A DNA stretch of 64,000 nucleotides from Macrostomum lignano (taxonomy: Eukaryota). Positions 24,049 through 36,000 of the stretch are shown piece after piece. The stretch covers positions 310,001 through 374,000 of the forward strand of contig NIVC01000392.1 of NCBI GenBank assembly GCA_002269645.1, given 5' to 3'. A program made the translations under genes and the position numbers. The notes under the pieces are model-generated. The model was not told where the DNA came from and did no database searches. It was given only the letters and a program-made list of their open reading frames with translations. Each line of letters opens with the position of its first letter. Position 1 is the stretch's first letter.

Positions 24049-27000
24049 ATGGGGACAGAGGTGGAGGTGCAGCTTGAAGATGCTCTTCGAGCTATCAAGG
24101 TGAGTCCATGATATTTTGTTATAATACTTGACTCTTGAGAATTTCTCTGTTAACATTGGAGTTGAATTTGTTTAAATTCTAACCTTTTAGACTGGGGTTT
24201 TACCTGTTATACCGGTGTTTTTACCTGTTAGACTAGGGGTTTTAACTGTTATACCGGTGTTTTACCTGTTAGATTGGGGTGGGTTTTACCTGTTAGACCT
24301 CTGTGTTTTACCTGTTATATTGGTGTTTTACCTGTTAGAATCGGATTCTACCTGTTAGACTGGGTTTTTTCCTGTTAGATTGGGTTGGGTTTTACCTGTT
24401 AGACCTCTGTGTTTTACCTGTTAGACTGGGGTTTTACCTGTTAGAATCGGATTCTACCTGTTAGACTGGGTTTTTTCCTGTTAGATTGGGTTTGGTTTTA
24501 CCTGTTAGACCTCTGTGTTTTACCTGTTAGACTAAGGTTTTACCTGTTAGACCGGTGTTTTTACCTGTTAGACTAGGGGTTTTACCTGTTAAACCGGTGT
24601 TTTACCTGTTAGATTGGGATGGGTTTTACCTGTTAGACCTCTGTGTTTTACCTGTTAGACTGGGGGTTTTACCTGTTATACAGGTGTTTACCTGTTAGAC
24701 TGGGGTGGGTTTTACATGTTAGACTGGTGTTTTACCTGTTAGACTCGAACTGTTACCTGTTAGACTTGAACTGTTACCTGTTAGACTCGAACTGTTACCT
24801 GTTAGACTCGAACTGTTACCTGTTAGACTCGAACTGTTACCTGTTAGACTCGAACTGTTATCAGTTAGACTCGAACTGTTACCTGTTAGACTCGAACTGT
24901 TACCTGTTAGACTTGAACTGTTACCTGTTACACTCGAACAACTGAAATAATTCTCCTAAGATTATATCTAACAAAGACCCACATAAACCCGAACACCGCT
25001 CGCAGGACGAAGCGACCAGAGTTCGATTCGGGGACAACAATTTGTTTCTGGGCGAGGCTGGCGAGCTTCAAAAAGATTTGGAGACTCGCCTCTTCGATAT
25101 AGAGAAGCAGATCTGCGATGGAGTCCGGGTGAGAGTCGTCCATTGAACTTTCAGTGCTTCATGGTACTTGAGCTGCCGATGGCTAGCTGATGTTCAACAT
25201 TGAACCCCTCCCCTTTGCAACCCCAACAGGGCGACACCGAGGCCCGCCTGCTGAAGGAGAGCGAGAGCATCAAAGGCGAGATTCACCAGAACAAGAAGTG
25301 CGTTGGTTATCTGCAGCGGATTGCAGGACTGGAGGACGACTTCACGGTAATGATGGCTGTTACTAGTGCTCTGATATATTCTACTCTGCTCTGTTCCATC
25401 CGACTCAGAGATCTTTTCTACTCAGATCTACTCTACTCTATTCAGATCTACTCTGCTCTACTCTGATCTACTCTACTCTGATCTACTCTACTCTACTCAT
25501 ATCTACTCTACTCAGATCTACTCTACTCTACTCATATCTACTCTACTCTACTCATTTCTACTCTACTCTACTCATATCTACTCTACTCTACTCATTTCTA
25601 CTCTACTCTACTCATATCTACTCTACTCTACTCATTTCTACTCTACTCTACTCATATCTACTCTACTCTACTCATTTCTACTCTACTCTACTCAGATCTA
25701 CTCTACTCTACTCATATCTACTCTACTCAGATCTACTCTACTCTACTCATATCTACTCTACTCAGATCTACTCTACTCTACTCAGATCTACTCTACTCTA
25801 CTCATATCTACTCTACTCAGATCTACTCTACTCTACTCAGATCTACTCTACTCTACTCAGATCTACTCTACTCTACTCAGATCTACTCTACTCTACTCTA
25901 CTCAGATCAACTCTACTCTACTCAGATCTACTCTACTCTACTCATATCTACTCTACTCAGATCTACTCTACTCTACTCAGATCTACTCTACTCTACTCAG
26001 ATCTACTCTACTCTACTCTACTCAGATCAACTCTACTCTACTCAGATCTACTCTACTCTACTCTACTCAGATCTACTCTACTCTACTCATATCTACTCTA
26101 CTCTACTCATTTCTACTCTACTCTACTCATATCTACTCTACTCTACTCATTTCTACTCTACTCTACTCATATCTACTCTACTCTACTCATTTCTACTCTA
26201 CTCTACTCAGATCTACTCTACTCTACTCATATCTACTCTACTCAGATCTACTCTACTCTACTCATATCTACTCTACTCAGATCTACTCTACTCTACTCAG
26301 ATCTACTCTACTCTACTCATATCTACTCTACTCAGATCTACTCTACTCTACTCAGATCTACTCTACTCTACTCAGATCTACTCTACTCTACTCTACTCAG
26401 ATCAACTCTACTCTACTCAGATCTACTCTACTCTACTCATATCTACTCTACTCAGATCTACTCTACTCTACTCAGATCTACTCTACTCTACTCAGATCTA
26501 CTCTACTCTACTCTACTCAGATCAACTCTACTCTACTCAGATCTACTCTACTCTACTCTACTCAGATCTACTCTACTCTACTCATATCTACTCTACTCTA
26601 CTCATTTCTACTCTACTCTACTCATATCTACTCTACTCTACTCATTTCTACTCTACTCTACTCATATCTACTCTACTCTACTCATTTCTACTCTACTCTA
26701 CTCATATCTACTCTACTCTACTCTACTCAGATCTACTCTACTCTACTCAGATCTACTCTACTCTACTCATATCTACTCTACTCAGATCTACTCTACTCTA
26801 CTCATATCTACTCTACTCAGATCTACTCTACTCTACTCAGATCTACTCTACTCTACTCATATCTACTCTACTCAGATCTACTCTACTCTACTCAGATCTA
26901 CTCTACTCTACTCAGATCTACTCTACTCTACTCTACTCAGATCAACTCTACTCTACTCAGATCTACTCTACTCTACTCATATCTACTCTACTCAGATCTA

Positions 27001-30000
27001 CTCTACTCTACTCAGATCTACTCTACTCTACTCAGATCTACTCTACTCTACTCTACTCAGATCAACTCTACTCTACTCAGATCTACTCTACTCTACTCTA
27101 CTCAGATCTACTCTACTCTACTCTACTCTACTCAGATCTACTCAGATCTACTCTACTCAGATCTACTCTACTCTACTCTACTCAGATCTACTCTACTCTA
27201 CTCTACTCAGATCTACTCTACTCTACTCTACTCAGATCTACTCTACTCTACTCAGATCTACTCGACTCTACTCTACTCAGATCTACTCTACTCTACTCAG
27301 ATCTACTCTACTCTACTCATATCTACTCTACTCAGATCTACTCTACTCTACTCAGATCTACTCTACTCTACTCAGATCTACTCTACTCTACTCAGATCTA
27401 CTCTACTCTACTCTACTCAGATCTACTCTACTCTACTCTACTCAGATCTACTCTACTCTACTCAGATCTACTCTACTCTACTCTACTCAGATCTACTCTA
27501 CTCTACTCAGATCTACTCTACTCTACTCTACTCAGATCTACTCTACTCTACTCAGATCTACTCTACTCTACTCAGATCTACTCTACTCTACTCTACTCAG
27601 ATCTACTCTACTCTACTCAGATCTACTCTACTCTACTCATATCTACTCTACTCAGATCTACTCTACTCTACTCAGATCTACTCTACTCTACTCAGATCTA
27701 CTCTACTCTACTCTACTCAGATCTACTCTACTCTACTCTACTCAGATCTACTCTACTCTACTCAGATCTACTCTACTCTACTCTACTCAGATCTACTCTA
27801 CTCTACTCAGATCTACTCTACTCTACTCTACTCAGATCTACTCTACTCTACTCAGATCTACTCTACTCTACTCTACTCAGATCTACTCTACTTTACTCTA
27901 CTCAGATATACTCTACTCTACTCAGATCTGCTCTACTCTACTCAGATCTACTCTACTCTACTCTACTCAGATCTACTCTACTTTACTATACTCAGATCTA
28001 CCCTACTCTACTCTACTCAGATCTACTCTACTGTACTACACTTCTACTGAACGCTACCCTATCCCCCCAGAAACTGATGCACACTGTTATGGCCCGCGCC
28101 AAGGCCATGCGCGACCATCCGCACGGTGACAAGGTGACAAGCCAGGGCGTGACCGACTGCTGGTCGCAGGTGCAGCGGCTCACCGACCTGACCCGCGTGC
28201 ACACCAGAAACGCCTCAGACTATCATCAGTTCTTCTTCGACTACCGGGACACCTTCCTGCTGCTGAAAGACCGCTGGCACCAGCTGGAGCACTGGCTCAG
28301 CGCCTTCTCGCCCAAGCCGATTGTGCGAGAAACCGACTCCATCAAGACCTTCATGCAGAGCCAGCTGTCGGAGTTCCTGTGCCTCTGGCAGCGGGTGCAG
28401 ACTGTGGTGTCTGCTAGCCGGCGGGTTGTGCCAGTGAGTTAGGGCTAGATTAGCAATCCATTCTATTCCTTTATCAATATGATTGGATAGATTAGCAATC
28501 CATTCTATTCCTTTATCAATATGATTGGCTAGATTAGCAATCCATTCTATTCCTTTATCAATATGATTGGCTAGATTAGCAATCCATTCTATTCCTTTAT
28601 CAATATGAATGGCTATATTAGCAATCCATTCTATTCCTTTATCAATATGAATGGCTATATTAGCAATCCATTCTATTCCTTTATCAATATGATTGGCTAG
28701 ATTAGCAATCCATTCTATTCCTTTATCAATATGATTGGCTAGATTAGCAATCCATTCTATTCCTTTATCAATATGATTGGCTATATTAGCAATCCATTCT
28801 ATTCCTTTATCAATATGATTGGCTAGATTAGCAATCCATTCTATTCCTTTATCAATATGAATGGCTATATTAGCAATCCATTCTATTCCTTTATCAATAT
28901 GATTGGCTAGATTAGCAATCCATTCTATTCCTTTATCAATACGATTGGTTAGATTAGCAATCCATTCTATTCCTTTATCAATATGATTGGCTAGATTAGC
29001 AATCAATTCTATTCCTTTATCAATATGAATGGCTATATTAGCAATCCATTCTATTCCTTTATCAATATGATTGGCTAGATTAGCAATCCATTCTATTCCT
29101 TTATCAATACGATTGGTTAGATTAGCAATCCATTCTATTCCTTTATCAATATGATTGGCTAGATTAGCAATCCATTCTATTCCAATTTATCTATATATGA
29201 TTGGCTAGATTAGCAATCCATTCTATTCCAATTTATCTATATATGATTGGCTAGATAAGCAATCCATTCTATTCCAATTTATCTATATATGATTGGCTAG
29301 ATAAGCAATCCATTCTATTCCTTTATCAATGCGATTGGCTAGATTAGCTATCCACATAGTCCATAAAAACATTCATCATCCCTACACCCAGGTGCAGCAG
29401 AGACTCGAACCCACCCGACAGCCCCGGCCGGCCCTGCTGCTGTGCCCATTCGAAAACTCGATCGGCCGATTCGAGGAGGGCACCGAGCTCACCCTGCTTG
29501 ACAACTCGGACAGTCTGCTCTGGCGGGTCTCCTACGAGTCTGAGGATGGCGAGGCAGCCAGCTTCGACGTGCCTTCTATCATGCTGTGGCTGCCTCCGCC
29601 TGATCTCGGCGCGACTGAGCTGGCGCTGAAGTGAGTAGAGTATTCTCCCTATAAAAATTCTCCCCAGTTCTAAAAGAAATTCACCCTCTTCTTTGAAAGA
29701 AAATAAGGATTCCCCAGTTATTGAATCGAATTCCCCAATTATTGAATCGAATTCCCCGATTATTGAACCGGATTCCCCAATTATTGAATCGGATTCCCCA
29801 ATTATTGAACCGGATTCCCCAATTATTGAATCGGATTCCCCAATTATTGAATCGAATTCCCCAATTATTGAATCGGATTCCCCAATTATTGAATCGGATT
29901 CCTCAATTATTGAATCGGATTCCCCAATTATTGAATCGGATTCCCCAATTATTGAATCGAATTCCCCAATTATTGAATCGGATTCCCCAATTATTGAATC

Positions 30001-33000
30001 GGATTCCCCAATTATTGAACCGGATTCCCCAATTATTGACTTGGATTCCCCAATTATTGAATCGGATTCCCCAATTATTGAATCGGATTCCCCGATTATT
30101 GAACCGGATTCCCCAATTATTGAATCGGATTCCCCAATTATTGAATCGGATTCCCCAATTATTGAACCGGATTCCCCAATTATTGAACCGGATTCCCCAA
30201 TTATTGAATCGGATTCCTCAATTATTGAATCGGATTCCCCAATTATTGAATCGGATTCCTCAATTATTGAATCGGATTCCCCAATTATTGAATCGGATTC
30301 CTCAATTATTGAATCGGATTCCCCAATTATTGAATCGGATTACCCAATTATTGAATCGGATTCCCCAATTATTGAATCGAATTCCCCAATTATTGAATCG
30401 GATTCCCCAATTATTGAATCGGATTCCTCAATTATTGAATCGGATTCCTCAATTATTGAATCGGATTCCCCAATTATTGAATCGAATTCCCCAATTATTG
30501 AATCGGATTCCCCAATTATTGAATCGGATTCCTCAATTATTGAATCGGATTCCCCAATTATTGAATCGGACTCCCCAATTATTGAATCGCATTCCCCAAT
30601 TATTAAATTGGATTCTCAATAAATAAATTGGATTCTCCCTTTATTAAATTGGATTCCCTTATCAATTGCTTGGATTCCCTAAGTACTGAATTGGATTCCC
30701 CATTTATTAAATTGAATTTTCCAAATATTGAACTCGATTCCCTCTTTATTAACTTGTATTCTCCCGTATCGACTCAAATTTCCCCATTATTGACACGGAT
30801 TCCCTAATACCAAATTTAGGCATCTTATTCTTTCATTCCAACCCAAATTCCCATAATAAACAGGATTCCCCCATTCCAACTGAGATTCCCAGTTCAAATT
30901 TGTTTTATTTTATCTTGTTCTAAAGGGATTCCCCGATCCCAAAAAAAGAATTCCCCTGTCTCAAACGTGATGATTTGTCATTCCGCAGGCTGGAGGAGAA
31001 ATTCCTGTCTCTCTGGGGCAGCTCAGCGGCCCGGTTCCAGACGGTGCTGTGCGACTACCTCACCTTGCTCTTCCGCCACCTGTCCGCTCACGACTACGCC
31101 GAATTTGAGAGTCCCGAGCAATGGCAGCTGCTCAAGCAGGAGGTGTATAATATCTTTGGAGACGACGATCGGTTCCGTTCGGTGCTGCAGACCCTCGCTC
31201 AGTTGGACCGACGCAACGACCCGTCGAAACGCGGCTCGAGGAAGCGAGTGCTGCTCAAAGAGGCTGAAATTGTGCAGCTGAGGAGCCTGCTGGCCAAGCT
31301 GGAGTCGCACATCAAGTACTGGGAGTCGTTCCGTCGCCAGTCTCTGGCCGTGCGCGGCTCCGAGTACTGGCTGACTGAGCTGGACTGCTCCAAGCCTGAG
31401 CTGCATAATTCCATCGCTCTGCTAGAGTGAGTATTGAGCATAGTTTTGGATGGTGTTGAGCAGCAGTTCCTTCATCAAGTCCGCAAACAATTTGCATTTA
31501 CAAATAGTCAGCTCTCAGATGATTAGCAATTACATACATCTCGAAATCAATCATCAATTATTATGTCAATCAATCATAAATCAACAAATCATCAATCAAT
31601 CATAAATAAAAAATCAGTCATCAATCATCGATCAACAAATTAATGAAGAAATCATCAATCAATTTCCAAGCAATCATCAATCAATCACGAATAAAACATC
31701 AATCGATAAATCAATCAAGAAATCATCAATCAATCACCAATCAATCATCAATCAATCAAAAAACCAATCAAGCAATCATCAATCAATCAATAAGTTATCA
31801 TTATCAACCAATGAGCTATCAATCGTCAGTCAACAGCCATCAAAGATGCATAATACATCACCAGACAGTCGGTAGCAACCCATCTAGCCAGCAATGCAAT
31901 CGCTATTCCGCAGGACTCTCCAAGCCAGCGGCCAGGAGCAACTGGAGTCGCTCTTCGCCAAACTGAACGCTTGGCGAGCTGGCCAGGCTGCCGAACAGCG
32001 CCGCCACGTGCGCAAGCTGCGCCGCCAGGAGGTGCTGATGTCCGCTCATGCGGCTACCGGCGGCGACACTGTCGCGGGGCTTCTGCAGTTCCAGCTGCCG
32101 TCGCAGCGTGCCCGTCAGTCCGAGTTCAACGAAGCCGCCGCTGCCGGCCTACGACAGGCGGGCGTCGACGAGGCCCGCTGGAGCGAGCTGTCTTCGGTAG
32201 CCTCGTCCTCCGCCCGCGAAAGTGTCGCCGACAACGTCGTCGGTCGCCAGTGGCTGCAGCAGCACTCGCGCGGTCTGCAAACTACTCAGGCCGGCACTCG
32301 CGAGGCGGCGTTGCAGACTACGGAGCGCAGCGTCGGCCGCCGGGCGGAGCACGGCATCCAAACGCAAATCGCGGCCAGCCAGCAGCATCACGGAATTCAG
32401 ACTGGCTTCGCCACGGCCGACTCGAGCGTTACAGCGCAGCAACCCTCAGCTATGGAGCACGGAATTCAGACCGTGGGAGTCGGCGGTGGCTTGTTGAGTT
32501 CGGCGGTGTCTCAGCGCCTGGTCACGGAGCACTCGGGTAGTCAGTTCGACAGCGAGCGGGCGGACCACGGCGTTCAGACTCGGTACTCTACCAGCGACAC
32601 GCTAATGCTGAGCACACGGCTGCCAGCCACCCAATCGGGCAGTCAGTACAGCCAAGTCGAAGGTCGAGAGCACGCCATCCAGACGATGCCGGACTCCGGA
32701 GAGGCCAGCGCGTTCTTTCAAGTCGCGACGGAGGAGCAAAGCCTGAGCCAAATCGACCACGCCATCCAAACGTCTTGGGCGCTTAAGGACACCGCTTTGG
32801 AGTTCTCTGGACCAAGAATTGTCGAAATCGACTTGGACGAAGACTGGCAGACGGAGGAAAAGGTGCGGGCGGTGAGTCAGCCGGTAGATGCTACGGACAG
32901 CGTCAATTGGCTGAAGCACCTGGATACGGAGGAGCTCCGAGCTGAACTGCAGCAGAGGCTCATCCTCAGAGACAGAAGCTGCCAAGCAGGTTTGCAGACC

Positions 33001-36000
33001 CGCTCGCGCGACACCGACACGCAGTTCGTCATATTTCAGTCGGACAAAGACTCGACGGCTGTTACCGACTCTAGCACTCAGGCGTCGGCTCTGACCACGG
33101 AGGGTCATACGCAGTACGTTTTGTTCAAGTCGGACAAAGACCTGTCGGTCATGCTAGAGCCAAAAATGCGAGACGCCGGCATGCAAGTCTCTCGGACGAT
33201 GACAGAGGGTCAGACTCAGTACTTGGTGTTCCAGTCAGACAAAGACCTGACGGCCTTGATGAGTCCAAAATTGAGAGACGCTAGCCAGCAAGCTTCTAGA
33301 GTCACTACCGAGAGTCAGGCGCAGTATGTGCTCTTCCAATCGGACAAAGACCTATCGGCGCTAACAACGAGCGACACTCGAGACGCCAGTCTCCAAGCAT
33401 CAACCCAAACCAGAGAAGGCCACGCGCAGTACCTCTTGTTCCAATCGGACAAAGACTTGAATACATTGCTTAGCCCGGTGAAAGATGCCAGTCAACAGGC
33501 CAGCCGATCCACTACAGAAAGTCAAGTTCAGTACGTACTGTTCCATTCAGACAAGGATTTGTCGACACTACTGACTCCGACAGTTAGAGACGCCAGCCTG
33601 CAAGCGTCTAGCACAACTCAAGAACACCAGGCACAGTATATATCTCAGCAGTCTGATAAGTACATGAGTACTAATTTGGCACCGACTGTCAGAGACGCTA
33701 GCCTGCAAGCGTCTAGCACAACTCAAGAACACCAGGCACAGTATATATCTCAGCAGTCTGATAAGTACATGAGTACTAATTTGGCACCGACTGTCAGAGA
33801 CGCCAGTCTGCAAGCGTCGAGCACAACTCAGGATGGGCAAGCGCAGTACATCCTATTCAAATCTGACAAGGACCTGACCGCACTCATGACTCCGCAGCTG
33901 AGGGAAGCGAGCCTGCAAGCTTCTACTAGTAGGCAGACAGCGGACAGTCAGGCCCAGTACATTCTCTTCCAGTCTGACAAAGACTTATCGACAGTGTCCA
34001 CTACAACAGTCAAAGACGCTACAATTCAAGCAGGAGCTAAATCGTCAGACACACAGACGCAGTTTGTCCTGTTCCGATGCGACGCAAGCGTTAAGCCAAC
34101 GGTCGATTCCAGAGACTTCAGTGCCCAGGTAGAAAGTCGCACAGCTGACAGACAAGCCCAGTACGTTCTGGTCCAATCGGACAAGGATGTTAGCGCTCTA
34201 ACCGCCAAGAGAACTGCTAGCGTGAGCCAGCAAGCCAGCACGGAAAGCCGCAGCTCGCAGTATCTGCTGTTCCAAGCCAGCAAGCAGCTGTCTGCTTTCG
34301 TCGATTCATCGACTGCCGAAACCCAGGCTAGAGCTGAATCCTCGGACAAGGAGACCCAATTCCTTCTGTTTAGTGCAGAAAATTTGAGAAGCACAAAATC
34401 AGCGACTCGAGAGTCTGAGACGCAGTTCGTGCTATTTGAGTCAAGCCCAGAATTGTCGGCAAAACTGATTGGACGAGATGCACAATCTCAGACGTCAAGC
34501 AGAATGAACCACGAGTACGTTGTGTTCCACACACCGCGTGAAGCCACGGCAATGTCAGCGGCATCGACTGTCCAACAGACAGACTCGGAAGCGCAGTACC
34601 AGCGGTACAGTGTCGACCGACAAGACCAGACTACAACGAAGACTGTATCAGATGTTCAGACTCAGTTCATTCCTAAACTGATGCGTGACTCGCAAGGCGG
34701 CTACTGCCTCGCGTTGAACCAAGCAGATGCACTGATCCAAGGCAAATCGGTAAGCGAGGCCGAGGCGCAGTCCTACCTCACCCGCATGGTTGATGGCGTC
34801 GTTGTCGCTCGCGTGTCCACTCCAGCGACCAGCGACTTCCAGCAGCAGGTTTCCGAAAGTCGCCAGCAAGCCGGAGGCCTCAGAGATTCGGAATGCCAGT
34901 TTAAGCTGTTTTCATCGGACAAGCAGGTCGCCCATCGCTTTACTAGCAACGTTTCGCGCGAGACCACTACGGATGAAACTTTTTCAGAGTTCGAAATTTT
35001 CCAAAGCCAGCCAAAGCTAACTAGGGCTCAACCAAGGCTTTTAAGAGATTCCAGCGGTCAGTATTTCCTGACCTCAACCGCTCAGGGAACCAATCCGATT
35101 GCTGGAAAAGTAATTGCAGATTCTCAAGTACAAACCGCTCTGCAATCGTCCGAAAAGAATATTGTTGCTAGAGTAACAGAAGAGACTGTTGTTCCACTAA
35201 CTGCGGCGGCTAGTCAGACAGCCTTTTCTGGCGAGGCCAAACCGAGCCTTTGCGAGATTTATACACAGTACGACTTGCTCACCCGAGACGAAAGCTTAGC
35301 CGCTAGTTTCGGCTCAGCCACAGCTGAAGCATCGACTCAGCCTCGAGCTACTAGCGATTCAACAGCGCAGTATGTGGTGTTCAGAACAGACAAGTCGAGT
35401 GCAACCGGCAAGCCAGATCTGCGCCAGATGGCGATCAACACCGAGGTGACACTCCTGAAGGACTCAAGCGGACAGTATTTCCTTGGAAGCACTGATGGCT
35501 CGGTTGTTGTCCAAGGCACCCCTGTCAGTCCAGGCCAAGTTGTGCAACATCTAACCAGCTCTGAGAAGAACATTGTTGTTAAAGTAAGAAACGAGAGTGC
35601 CGCAGTGAAGGCCGACGGCAGCGGTGCCCTGAAAGACGTTTCCAGTCAGTACCTGATGTATTCTTCGGACAAGGATGTAGGCGCCGACATGGTGAAAAGC
35701 TCGATGAGTTCAGCGCAGAAGGTCTCCTCGCAGTCGATGGCGGTATTCCAACCAGCACTATTGCGCGATAGCTCCGGCCAGTACTACCTGACCTCTGCCA
35801 ATTCTAACGTTGCAGTTCAAGGCGTTTTCGTGACAGAATCACAGGCTCACCAACACCTGGCCAGCTCGGAAAAGAATATCGTTGCGCGAGTTGAAACCGA
35901 ATCGCGGGACTTCTCCGGCCAGACGGTGCGCATTGCAGACACGAGAGATTCGAGCAATCAAAGTGAAAAAACCCTGGCTGAAGTTGACACTCAGTACATG

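Noticed and set aside
24928-25143. 71-aa minus-strand ORF
   Set aside because: Antisense shadow of plakin exon 2 (25006-25128).
28215-29006. 263-aa IANLANHIDKGIEW repeat ORF on the minus strand
   Set aside because: 42-bp satellite unit that happens to be stop-free; lies antisense in a plakin intron.
28445-29350. Regular repeat arrays as possible CRISPR arrays
   Set aside because: Head-to-tail tandem units without unique spacers, in a eukaryotic intron context; no cas genes.
29693-30626. Two ~300-aa repeat ORFs (IESDSPI; LLNRIPQ)
   Set aside because: 21-bp intronic satellite open in two frames; the flanking exons already join in phase without it.
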